Source: an uncultured Candidatus Peribacteria bacterium
GTDB lineage: Bacteria; Patescibacteriota; Gracilibacteria; Peribacterales; Peribacteraceae
Assembly: GCA_964448615.1 (NCBI GenBank)
Contig: CAYUWH010000002.1
Coordinates: forward strand, 4,841 to 48,431
DNA length: 43,591 nt
Reading direction: 5' to 3'
This document shows positions 16,103-24,927 of this stretch, in pieces. Each line of letters opens with the position of its first letter. Position 1 is the first letter of the stretch. The position numbers and the translations under genes are program-made. The notes below the pieces were generated by a model, which had not been told where the DNA came from, searched no databases, and saw nothing but the letters and a program-made list of their open reading frames with translations.

Positions 16103-18550
16103 TTACTTTTGTCCTTGTCCCGCAGATCCCTTCTGCATTCCTGGGAACAATGCCGGATTATTGGCCAACGGCGTGGTGGCGATTCTGCGCGCGAGCCAGC
16201 GGACGATGATCATGCCCGTAAACATCGAGATCAACACGCCCAGACCGAGCGTGACGGCAAAGCCGCGAACGATCGATGTGCCGATAAGGAAGAGGAGTGC
16301 GCAGGTAATGAGCGTGGAAATGTTACTGTCGCGGATGCTGGACCAAGCACGGTTGAAACCGACTTCGACCGCGGTCTTCAGCAATTTTCCTTTCTGCAAT
16401 TCTTCTTTCATACGCTCGAAGACGAGGACGTTCGTATCAATCGCGAGACCGATCGAGAGGATCATACCGGCCAATCCTGCGAGTGTGAGGACGATATACT
16501 GATCGGAGACCAAGAAGAGGGGGAGCTTGAGCATTGCGATGAAGATCAAGCAGTACACCGTGAGGCCCGCCATGGCGAGCACGCCGAGGAAACGGTACAC
16601 GAAAATCATAAACAGCATGAGCACGATGAGTCCGTAGAGAGCCGCTTGCACCGAGGTTGTCAAAGCCTGTGCGCCGAGCGTGGCTTCCACCGTGCGTTGG
16701 CCACTCAGGTAGATGGGGGCTGGGATCGCTCCCGTATTCAAATCTTGCGTCAACTTCTGGGCTTCATCGATATTATTGCTACCCGTGATGACTGCGACTC
16801 CCCCCGTGATTTCCGCCTGGACGGTGGGGGCGGAAACCAATTCTCCTCCGACGAAGATGGCGATGCGCTTGCCGATATTCTTCTTCGTCAGTTCTTGGAA
16901 GAGCAGGCCGCCTTCGGTATTGAAGGTGATCTGCACGATCGGACGGTTGGTCGTCGGATCCAAGACTGTCGTGGCAGTGCGGAAATGCTGGCCGTTCAGC
17001 TCCGTATCCTTCCAGCCTGTCGGAGCCAAGGAGAAGAAGAGTGTGCGCAGCGTGATCGCTTCTTGCAGGTCTTTTACTTCTCCCCGTTGCAGCTTTGCGA
17101 TGATGTCTGCCGCGCGTTGGGCGGCATCCTGACCTTTGATGGTGAGCGCGTCGAAGCTGACGACATCGGAAGTCATGTGAGCGACTTTGTCGACTTTGAC
17201 GATGAAATACCCGAAGGGGGATTCAAGCGGATCGCTGATCTGTCCGTCTTTTGCGGAAAAGGCGTAGGCCTCATAACTGGGGACGAGACCGGAGCCTTTG
17301 GTTACTGCGCCGATGCGGCCGCCACTGAGTTTTGACGGGCCATCGGATTGTGCGCGAGCGAGTTCCTCGAAGTTTGTGCCAGCGGCAAGCTGACTCTTCA
17401 AATCCTGTGCGCGCTTCAGTGCCTCCTCCTTGGTACGGGTGACGCCCGGCTCCGCTTGATTTGCTCCTTTGTAAGAAACGAGAATATGGCTGACTTCCGC
17501 TTCTTGTTGCCCCGGATTCAGTAAGCGCAGGAAGAGCACTTTCGCGGTGCCGTCTCCCATGTCGATGCTCTTCAATTCTCCCGCACGCATTTGGCGCAAT
17601 GTTGCCACTGCGATTGCAGGCAGGTTATCGCCGAGCGGTTCTTCCTTGTGCAGTTCGTAGCTCAAAGTTTGATCGGTTTTGGCAAGTGTCTCGAATGCGA
17701 CTGATGCCTCTTGAATCACGCGGCCCGTTTGGGTGCGCGGCTTCAAGACCTGCGTGAGCATGATGCCTTTGATCGTTTCTTCCACCGTTTGGCCCTGATC
17801 ATTCGTGACGGTCGTCGGGACGGTCACGGTGCGTTCTACGACGTTGGTTCCGGCGGGCAGGTTCCACACATCCTCCATGCCCTGGGGCAGTTGGTCTCTA
17901 AAGAATGCCTGCGAGTCGCTGTACGAAACGCCGAGTTGTGCCAAATCCTGGCCAAGCACCTGCAAGCTCGCTCCGCTCTGCACCATACGCTGTTTTGCGG
18001 CAGCCACTTTGTCTTTCACGGATTGTTCATACTGAGCGGTCGCCTCGGTGAATTCCTCTTTGAATTCTAACTGAATGGTTTTTCCCACGGTTTCGATGCA
18101 TTTCTGCACGTCGACCACACCCGGACATTCCACAAGCAGGTGCTTCTCGCCGCCGATATACGAAGGCGTGATCGTCGCCTCGCTCACGCCGAGCGAGTTG
18201 ATGCGGCGCTCAAGGACGGTACGAATCGCTTCGACCAACTTTCCGCTTTGTTCCACGATGGCGGCGCGATCGGCGCGCAACTTATCGATCTCCTCTCCGG
18301 TTGTTCCTTGTGCTTCCATCTCCGCGATGCGCGCATCGATGGCCGTGATTTGCTGCTGAATTTCCTGTTCGGAAATGCGGAAATCCAATTGCGTGCCACC
18401 GGCAAGATCGAGCCCGAAGTGATAATCCGGCTGTTGCAGGAAGGCGGGCGCCCATTGCTTATATTCTGAAGGCAGAGCGATGATTGCGATGAACAATCCT
18501 GCGATTGCGGTGGCAGCGGGCCAGAGATACGGAGTGCGAGAAGAAGCCAT
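16103..18550 (-). CDS. secD: Protein translocase subunit SecD with inserted parvulin-type PPIase domain
   Basis: GLDLAGG, ERRINSLGVSE, LTLAGLAGMILSIGLAIDTNVLVFER.KEE, I.DSN.ST; rotamase motifs SHILVSY, FEELARAQSD..S...GG, SPFGYFIV. Confidence 0.95.
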   Translation of the reverse strand: MASSRTPYLWPAATAIAGLFIAIIALPSEYKQWAPAFLQQPDYHFGLDLAGGTQLDFRISEQEIQQQITAIDARIAEMEAQGTTGEEIDKLRADRAAIVEQSGKLVEAIRTVLERRINSLGVSEATITPSYIGGEKHLLVECPGVVDVQKCIETVGKTIQLEFKEEFTEATAQYEQSVKDKVAAAKQRMVQSGASLQVLGQDLAQLGVSYSDSQAFFRDQLPQGMEDVWNLPAGTNVVERTVTVPTTVTNDQGQTVEETIKGIMLTQVLKPRTQTGRVIQEASVAFETLAKTDQTLSYELHKEEPLGDNLPAIAVATLRQMRAGELKSIDMGDGTAKVLFLRLLNPGQQEAEVSHILVSYKGANQAEPGVTRTKEEALKRAQDLKSQLAAGTNFEELARAQSDGPSKLSGGRIGAVTKGSGLVPSYEAYAFSAKDGQISDPLESPFGYFIVKVDKVAHMTSDVVSFDALTIKGQDAAQRAADIIAKLQRGEVKDLQEAITLRTLFFSLAPTGWKDTELNGQHFRTATTVLDPTTNRPIVQITFNTEGGLLFQELTKKNIGKRIAIFVGGELVSAPTVQAEITGGVAVITGSNNIDEAQKLTQDLNTGAIPAPIYLSGQRTVEATLGAQALTTSVQAALYGLIVLMLFMIFVYRFLGVLAMAGLTVYCLIFIAMLKLPLFLVSDQYIVLTLAGLAGMILSIGLAIDTNVLVFERMKEELQKGKLLKTAVEVGFNRAWSSIRDSNISTLITCALLFLIGTSIVRGFAVTLGLGVLISMFTGMIIVRWLARRIATTPLANNPALFPGMQKGSAGQGQK

Positions 18551-18556
18551 AGGCAG

Positions 18557-19213
18557 CTACGGTAGCGGCTTAAAGATCACATGCAAGCCGACATTCAGGT
18601 CGTCGACGAAAATTTTTGCCAGCTCGGGGGAAGGAATATCGCGGATCACGATATCGGTCTGTCTTTCGTCAGTTTTGACCGTTAATTTGCTGATCAAGCG
18701 ATCGCGCACGAAAATACCGATGTCTTTGTCCTTGCTCTCGGCGAACAGGGTTCCGAGTTTTGTTTGTCCTGCTGGCGTAAAGAGAATGTGTACGGCTCCC
18801 TTTTTCTTGTCATCTTCCGCGGCTTCGGCCCACATCAAATCTTTTTCCGTAATGCCTGTTTCCTTGAAATCTCCGTGTCCCTGCACATTGATATCTCCTT
18901 GCCCTTCCGGCACGCCTTTCATAATGCGCAGCTTGAAGGGGGCGGTCAGCTCTTCGGTAAGCGGTTGCAGAACGCCTCCGTCTTTCACTTTCACGGTCAG
19001 GATGGCACCGCTGCCATTCGGTTCTATACTTTGATCTTCCATTGTCGTTTCAAAGCGTTCGAGCCTTCGCTCGACCACTTTCACGCTTGTGAGGGTCAGC
19101 GCATTGCGCATGGTGCTGTTCGTGGTATCGAAGAGCAGCTGATAGCTGGCGCTTGTCGACCCGCAGCCTGCCAATATCAAAGGAAGAGCCAAGAGAAATG
19201 CAAAACGCTTCAT
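18557..19213 (-). CDS. Lipoprotein with SecDF periplasmic P1-like domain
   Basis: LAGC lipobox; VVERRL, I.FTPAG...L..L......K.IGIFV, DDLNVG resemble the P1 segments of the adjacent SecD. Confidence 0.75.
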   Translation of the reverse strand: MKRFAFLLALPLILAGCGSTSASYQLLFDTTNSTMRNALTLTSVKVVERRLERFETTMEDQSIEPNGSGAILTVKVKDGGVLQPLTEELTAPFKLRIMKGVPEGQGDINVQGHGDFKETGITEKDLMWAEAAEDDKKKGAVHILFTPAGQTKLGTLFAESKDKDIGIFVRDRLISKLTVKTDERQTDIVIRDIPSPELAKIFVDDLNVGLHVIFKPLP

Positions 19214-19277
19214 AGGCTTCGTAAAGTGTAGGGGAGGATTGCCATATGCGCAATTTATTTGGATACCGCACTCCGCT

Positions 19278-20234
19278 TCATGGCCGCTCTAACATCGTGC
19301 CCGCGCGGATCATCTTGCCGGTCAAATCTGCCCGCGTTAAGACAGAATCGCTGTCGATGACGCAATTTTCCAAAATACAGTCATCGATACGGCAATCCTC
19401 GAAGATCACCGTGTTCCGGAGCACGCTGCCTTTTACGTAGGTGCCTGTTCCCAGCACCACGCTTCCTTCATGGGTGCTATCCTCAAACGTCGCCAGACTT
19501 CCAAGCATCCGGTCGCCGACGAGCATCCGGGTTGCTTCCAGATATGCTTCAAAAGATCCGATATCGAACCAGGGTTCCTGAAACTGAAAGCATTCCACCG
19601 GCAATTGGCGGCGCAGGAGCTCTTCGAAGATTCCTCCGATGTTATCAGGTTTCACCTTGGCGAATTCTTGGAGAATGGGGAGCGTGCTTGCGGGGAGAAT
19701 CGAGACGCCAGTGCTGATGAGCGAGGTCTTGGGTTCGGATGGCTTTTCTTCAAACGCTTCGATGTGTTTGCCGTCTGCGGCAAGAATCACGGTGCCGAAG
19801 GCCGATGCTTTGCTGCGATCGCCGATGTCGTGCGCCGCGAGCAGCGCCGTTCCCGGATGATACTGTTCTAAAAACGCCGTCATCGAGAAGCCGAAATAGT
19901 TGTCGCCCGCGATCAGCAGAAGATCGTCGGTGTTTCCCGTCTGTTCCAGCCACTGTGCCACGGCACCGAGTGTTCCGAGTTTCTGATCATCACTGATCGT
20001 GCGTTCGATCACCAGTTCCACATTGCCGCGCCCGCGCATCGTGGTTTCCCATTCGCGGAAGACGTTTTCAAATGCGGCGTTGGTACTGACGGTGACCGGC
20101 ATCTCCGGCGGCAGTGCATCGATGATATGATTCAACGTCGGTTTTCCCGCAAGCGGCAACAGCGGCTTCGGACGTTTTTCCGTGAGGGGCCAGAGTCTGG
20201 TGGCGAATCCGCCTGCGAGGAGAAAGGCACGCAT
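19278..20234 (-). CDS. Sugar-phosphate nucleotidyltransferase (NDP-sugar synthase)
   Basis: LLAGG.ATRLWPLT...PKPLLP, AGDN, FEEKP, WFDIG, C-terminal hexapeptide beta-helix. Confidence 0.92.
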   Translation of the reverse strand: MRAFLLAGGFATRLWPLTEKRPKPLLPLAGKPTLNHIIDALPPEMPVTVSTNAAFENVFREWETTMRGRGNVELVIERTISDDQKLGTLGAVAQWLEQTGNTDDLLLIAGDNYFGFSMTAFLEQYHPGTALLAAHDIGDRSKASAFGTVILAADGKHIEAFEEKPSEPKTSLISTGVSILPASTLPILQEFAKVKPDNIGGIFEELLRRQLPVECFQFQEPWFDIGSFEAYLEATRMLVGDRMLGSLATFEDSTHEGSVVLGTGTYVKGSVLRNTVIFEDCRIDDCILENCVIDSDSVLTRADLTGKMIRAGTMLERP

Positions 20235-20237
20235 AGA

Positions 20238-21044
20238 TCAATTGAAGAACCATTTCCACCACGCTTCCGGCGGATGAATGGCTGTGACCGGCTGTCCTTC
20301 GAGTGACTCGATTTTTTCATCACCTTCAATGATGCCGAGCACGGATGGAAGCAGGAGATACGTGATGCCTTTGGCGCGGCATGCGGAGAGTAGATTGATC
20401 GATTGTTCCAAGTCGCTGCATTGAATGAGATGCGTGATGCGCAGTTTTTCAATCGTCTCGTCCAGCTTATGCAACTTTCCGGCAACCGGGACGCCTTCGA
20501 GTGATGTTTCTTTCGTACCGCGGCCATCGAGGATGGCGACGGGCGCAAGCGGGCTCTTTTGCGATTGCAACAAGCGGATCAAGTGTGCGGCCTCACGCGT
20601 GGCACCGATAATGAGGGTTGGATACATCGGTGTTCCGATACGCAGCCATGCACGCATGATCTGTTCCCATGCCATATGCCAAGCCCAAGGCAGAACCCAC
20701 GAAAGTGCCAAGGCATAGATCAGCAGCAATCGACTGAAAAATAGCCCGAAGATGAAGAAGTAGGAGAGGGCAAAGAGCGAAGTGGCGACGATGGCGCTTA
20801 CCAGGAGATACGCGCCGACGCGCAGGCTCTGCTGACGACGCATCAGGCTGAATGTTCGCAGGAGAATCAGCATCACCAGCCACGGTATGGCGGCCAGTGC
20901 CGCGATACTCAGGAATTGCTTGAAGGGAAAATCTGAGGAAAAAATAAAGCCGACACGCAAAAAGTACGCGAGTACGAAGCTGGCGATGAACAGGGCAAGA
21001 TCGCTCAGAAGCCAGATCCACAGGGCGAGGGTGCGGCGGGACAT
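20238..21044 (-). CDS. Membrane + CoA-binding (Rossmann) N-terminal module of a WcaJ-like sugar transferase, catalytic domain absent
   Basis: SDL...ASF.LAY.LR, 4 TM, TLIIGA, GVPVAG....L; protein ends where the phosphoglycosyltransferase domain normally begins. Confidence 0.75.
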   Translation of the reverse strand: MSRRTLALWIWLLSDLALFIASFVLAYFLRVGFIFSSDFPFKQFLSIAALAAIPWLVMLILLRTFSLMRRQQSLRVGAYLLVSAIVATSLFALSYFFIFGLFFSRLLLIYALALSWVLPWAWHMAWEQIMRAWLRIGTPMYPTLIIGATREAAHLIRLLQSQKSPLAPVAILDGRGTKETSLEGVPVAGKLHKLDETIEKLRITHLIQCSDLEQSINLLSACRAKGITYLLLPSVLGIIEGDEKIESLEGQPVTAIHPPEAWWKWFFN

Positions 21045-21063
21045 GCGATCAGCATAAAGGACC

Positions 21064-21939
21064 TCATGATTGTGTGCTACCTATCCACTTGTATCCCAAT
21101 CTCGTGATATCCCACGGCGGTGTGCCGTTCCAGCGATATTCGCTGACGGAGATGGGATTTGGCATCGGCAAGTGCGTGCGCATCCAGGCAAGTTTCTTGG
21201 CGACGATCACGCTGGTCTTTGCCTGTTCTTCCATTGCATCCGGGTGCAGGGCATAGGCAGCGAACGTTTCTGCAAAATCTTCGAATACACCGCTTTGCGC
21301 ATATTCGGACACGAAATCCTGTTCGCGTAAGCCACTCTTCAGAACCTTCTCATTCGCCCACGATAAGGAGAAGAATGAAACGATGGGGGAATCCTTGTAG
21401 AAGACCATGTTACCATCCTTGAATCCGCTGGCTCCGCTTGAGGGCGTGCCGGGGAGATTGCTGTGGATCACGTGACCGCATTCGTGCGTGATGAGTGCCA
21501 TCACTTCCGCATCCCCGAACGAGCCGTCGACGATAATGGTTGTCTTGCCGCCGAGTCCGCGGTTTTTGGGATGATCATAGCGGATATAGAAATTTTTCAG
21601 GTTATCGCGGCAGCCTGCAGGAAGTGCACGCAGTAATGCATCCGCCAAACGTTGATGCTGCGGGCGTATATCTTCTTTCTTCACCACTGCCAGCAATGGA
21701 TGCTCCGCCGGAGCGGTCGCGGGAAGCAGTGCGACGATTTTTTGTTGCTTCGGAGCGGTAAAGGCTCGTTGCGTCCGCATCCAGCCAACCAGGTTCCACG
21801 ATCGCTCCGAAGAGCTTTGATGCAGGGGTGGAGCGCTTGTCAATCGGGTGCTGTCTGCTATGCTTCCCGGCACAAGCAGGAGCGTAAGGGTAGAAATTGC
21901 CGAGAAGAGGCAGATGAGGCGAAGGTGGAGAGTTCGCAT
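21064..21939 (-). CDS. Putative secreted zinc-binding metallopeptidase
   Basis: N-terminal signal/anchor, HECGH, FVSEYA....EDFAE. Confidence 0.8.
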   Translation of the reverse strand: MRTLHLRLICLFSAISTLTLLLVPGSIADSTRLTSAPPLHQSSSERSWNLVGWMRTQRAFTAPKQQKIVALLPATAPAEHPLLAVVKKEDIRPQHQRLADALLRALPAGCRDNLKNFYIRYDHPKNRGLGGKTTIIVDGSFGDAEVMALITHECGHVIHSNLPGTPSSGASGFKDGNMVFYKDSPIVSFFSLSWANEKVLKSGLREQDFVSEYAQSGVFEDFAETFAAYALHPDAMEEQAKTSVIVAKKLAWMRTHLPMPNPISVSEYRWNGTPPWDITRLGYKWIGSTQS

Positions 21940-21984
21940 TGCTTGAAAGCAGAAAGTAGTACTTTTTATCACATTTTATATAAG

Positions 21985-23436
21985 ATGTCAACAATTCCCG
22001 AGACCTCAGTTCATGGGGGTCAGCACTATACGGTCACCATTGAGAAGGTTACGCACGGGGGCTCTGGATTGGCCCATATCGACGGTTTACCCGTATTTAT
22101 CCCAGGTGCCATTCCGAGTCAGGAGGTGGAAATCGTCATTACCAAGCGCAAAGACCGCTTTGCCGAAGGAAAGGTGCAGAAAATCATTCGAAAAGCCAAA
22201 GATGAGATCATGCCTCGCTGTCAGCACTTCCTCTCTTGCGGAGGCTGCACCTGGCAAAACCTGCCGTATGACCGGCAGTTGAAATACAAAGAAGATATCG
22301 TCCGCGAGACCCTTGAGCATCTGACTCCCATTGATGAAGAAGCCCGTAAACAGCTCCCGGGCCGCGTGCTTAAGATCATCCCGAGCCCGCAGGTGTTTCA
22401 CTATCGCAATAAATTGGAGATGAGTTTTGGCTATGCTTCAATGCGCAGCGAAGAGAAGAACGGCAAGCGCATCTATTTCGATGAAAACCCGACGATCGGC
22501 TTCCATCAGCCCGGAGAATGGTCGACCGTGCTGCCGATCAGCGAGTGTCATTTGTATGACGAACAAATCGGTACGCTGCTCTCCGATGTCCGCCGCTTCA
22601 TGCAGGATACGAAGTTGCCGGTCTACAATCCGAAGACGCATAAGGGGTTACTCCGCACGCTCTTGTTGCGTCGCGGCATTCATACCGGTCAGCACATGAT
22701 CGGCTTCATGGTGAACGCGAAAAAGAAAGAACTTGAGCCACTGTTCCAGAACTTCATGCGGTTCGCGGGCCGTCCTGGGTTGGCATCGCTGCTCATGATC
22801 GAAAGCACTGGCCTCAATGACAAACCCGAAGCGCCGAAGATCCACACGCTTGTCGGCAAGGAAACAATCACCGAACGTTTGTTCGATCTTGAATTCGAAA
22901 TTTCTCCGTTTTCGTTCTTCCAGACGAACACGCTCGGTACCGAGAAGTTGTATCAAGCGATTTTGCAGTCCGCGGACCTCACGTCGCGCGACACGGTGCT
23001 CGATGCCTATTGCGGCATGGGAACGATCGGTCAGTATCTCGCGCGCTTCTGCCAGAAAGTCGTCGGTATCGAGAGTCATCCTTCCGCGGTGGAAGATGCG
23101 CTCAAGAGCGCGGGAAAAAATCGCATCGGGAATATCAGTTTCTACAAAGGCCGTTCCGAGCAAATTCTCAAGGATCAGCTCAAGCCCGGTGGCAAGTATG
23201 TGTTCGACGTGATCGTGCTCGATCCTCCCCGCGCGGGGCTGCATCCTGCCGCAACCGAAGCGGTGATCGCCCATGCGCCTCGCAAGATCGTGTACGTATC
23301 CTGCAACACCGCGACTTTCGCGCGCGATCTCGGCGAATTCATGAAGAAGGGGTACGAATTGCGATCGGTGCAGCCGGTCGATATGTTCCCGCACACCGCG
23401 CACATCGAAACCGTGAGCGTTTTGCAGAAAAAGTAA
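21985..23436 (+). CDS. rlmD: 23S rRNA (uracil-5)-methyltransferase RlmD family
   Basis: TRAM domain, C.HF..CGGC, YRNK, SFFQTN, DAYCG.GTIG, DPPRAG, YVSCN, DMFPHTAHIE. Confidence 0.95.
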   Translation: MSTIPETSVHGGQHYTVTIEKVTHGGSGLAHIDGLPVFIPGAIPSQEVEIVITKRKDRFAEGKVQKIIRKAKDEIMPRCQHFLSCGGCTWQNLPYDRQLKYKEDIVRETLEHLTPIDEEARKQLPGRVLKIIPSPQVFHYRNKLEMSFGYASMRSEEKNGKRIYFDENPTIGFHQPGEWSTVLPISECHLYDEQIGTLLSDVRRFMQDTKLPVYNPKTHKGLLRTLLLRRGIHTGQHMIGFMVNAKKKELEPLFQNFMRFAGRPGLASLLMIESTGLNDKPEAPKIHTLVGKETITERLFDLEFEISPFSFFQTNTLGTEKLYQAILQSADLTSRDTVLDAYCGMGTIGQYLARFCQKVVGIESHPSAVEDALKSAGKNRIGNISFYKGRSEQILKDQLKPGGKYVFDVIVLDPPRAGLHPAATEAVIAHAPRKIVYVSCNTATFARDLGEFMKKGYELRSVQPVDMFPHTAHIETVSVLQKK

Positions 23437-23437
23437 G

Positions 23438-23902
23438 ATGCAACGCGTGACGCTTCTCACGATCGGCAAACCGAAAGAGCAGTGGGTGAAGGAAGCGTGT
23501 GAGCAGTATCTGCAGCGTTTGCGTCCGCAGATTTCGCTGACTGTGTTGGAATTGGGGCCGAGTCGCGGTAAGGACGGTGTGGTGCAGCAACTTGAAGAAT
23601 CGGAGCGGCTCCTTCGATCGCTCGAGAGCATGCAGGGGGATATTTGGGTGCTGGACGAAACAGGAAAGGGGATGACTTCGATGGAATTTGCGAAGCATCT
23701 TGGTGCTGCGCGCGATCAAGGCACGCCGAGTATTTTCGTGCTTGGCGGCGCCTACGGTCTGACCGATGCCGTTCGCAAAAAAGCGCGCGTCGTAGTGCGT
23801 TTAAGCGATATGACGCTGCCGCATGAACTCTGCCGCGTGCTCTTTTTGGAGCAACTGTATCGCGCCTGTGAAATCAATCGCGGGAGCGGGTATCATCATT
23901 GA
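23438..23902 (+). CDS. rlmH: 23S rRNA (pseudouridine1915-N3)-methyltransferase
   Basis: LDE.GK, F.LGGAYG, LS.MTLPH...R..F.EQLYRA, GYHH terminus. Confidence 0.96.
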   Translation: MQRVTLLTIGKPKEQWVKEACEQYLQRLRPQISLTVLELGPSRGKDGVVQQLEESERLLRSLESMQGDIWVLDETGKGMTSMEFAKHLGAARDQGTPSIFVLGGAYGLTDAVRKKARVVVRLSDMTLPHELCRVLFLEQLYRACEINRGSGYHH

Positions 23903-23922
23903 AACCGCAAAGGTGACGTCGC

Positions 23923-23954
23923 AAAAAATCCCCTCGTACGTGACGAGGGGGGTT
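23923..23954 (-). terminator. Rho-independent terminator for the minus-strand cassette
   Basis: A6 run followed by cccctcgt-acgtg-acgagggg hairpin. Confidence 0.8.
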
Positions 23955-24011
23955 AAGGAAGTGGGAAACGATCATTCGTGTGCGGTACCTTTCTGGTTGG
24001 GAGAGTGAGCA

Positions 24012-24218
24012 TCATGCAGTAAAGGGCGGAGCGCGTGGTAAGGGTGCCCGGTAGTAGAGCGCCCAGGCGTAGCCGAGCAGTCGTAGAGTCTGCGGAAGAA
24101 AGGGGTGTATGAATGGCAGAATCCATGCGAAATCATCGCATGTGTCGGGATCATCCAATACCAAGCCGGCTTTTTCGGTATCGATGTGATCCTTTGATTC
24201 GCCTTCCTTCCGCTTCAT
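24012..24218 (-). CDS. Possible 68-aa small protein ending in RAPP motif
   Basis: ATG overlaps the upstream stop (ATGA); C-terminus YRAPLPRAPPFTA. Confidence 0.45.
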   Translation of the reverse strand: MKRKEGESKDHIDTEKAGLVLDDPDTCDDFAWILPFIHPFLPQTLRLLGYAWALYYRAPLPRAPPFTA

Positions 24219-24622
24219 GCTTCCGGGCGGGGTGTTTCCTTTTCCGGCCGGTTTGTTCCCGCTTGAACGGCGGGCAGAAGCTCTGCCAGAACTGTAGGAA
24301 GCGTTGCCTTGAGAACATCCGGAATCAGCTCGCTGAGCAGCTCTTTCGTGCGTTCTCTCGCGAGACGATCGGCCTGTTCCTGTTGATAGGCGGCTATCTG
24401 AAGATAGAGCTGGCGTAGCAGTGCAGCCGCGACACTTGAGCCATAGATGCCGAGAATCCATGCTCCGGCATACTGGACCCAGCGGATGAAGACATCGACG
24501 TGCTGGAGATTGAGGACTTCGGTGGCCAGCAGTGTGATCATGAAGATGCAGAGCAGGCCGAAAGCGGCAAGCGCATAGACGCCGCCTCGAAGCAACATTC
24601 GTCCGAACTTGCCTAAACGCAT
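24215..24622 (-). CDS. Hypothetical membrane protein (2 TM)
   Basis: AAAGGAGG SD 8 nt before ATG, two hydrophobic helices, putative promoter TTGCAC-N17-TAGGGT. Confidence 0.7.
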   Translation of the reverse strand: MRLGKFGRMLLRGGVYALAAFGLLCIFMITLLATEVLNLQHVDVFIRWVQYAGAWILGIYGSSVAAALLRQLYLQIAAYQQEQADRLARERTKELLSELIPDVLKATLPTVLAELLPAVQAGTNRPEKETPRPEA

Positions 24623-24842
24623 GTTCGTAGCCTCCTTTCAGAGTCGGTACCCGTGATGTGAACGACCGTTCGTTGTTGGTACCTCCTCCGATCGCACACC
24701 CTATGCCTGGTGTCTCCTATGTGCAATCAACAAAATCCAATTTTCTCTCGCTTCCTCCAGAGAAGATGCTGTTCTGCTGCCAAAGCGCTCCTTCTCTTGA
24801 AGAATTGCTGTTTTGGGCTATACTCCGCGCACATTCTAACTT

Positions 24843-24917
24843 GGGGTCATCGTCTAACGGTTAGGACAGCAGGTTCTCATCCTGCAAATCGGGGTTCGAT
24901 TCCCCGTGGCCCTGCCA
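24843..24917 (+). tRNA. tRNA-Glu (CTC)
   Basis: Acceptor stem GGGGTCA/TGGCCCT, anticodon arm GCAGG-TTCTCAT-CCTGC, T-loop TTCGATT, encoded CCA. Confidence 0.96.
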
Positions 24918-24927
24918 GCACCAAGCA

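Noticed and set aside
16109-17335. 408-aa plus-strand ORF
   Set aside because: Antisense shadow of secD
21652-21984. N-terminal extension of rlmD
   Set aside because: Overlaps the divergent peptidase gene; the TRAM domain starts after 21985
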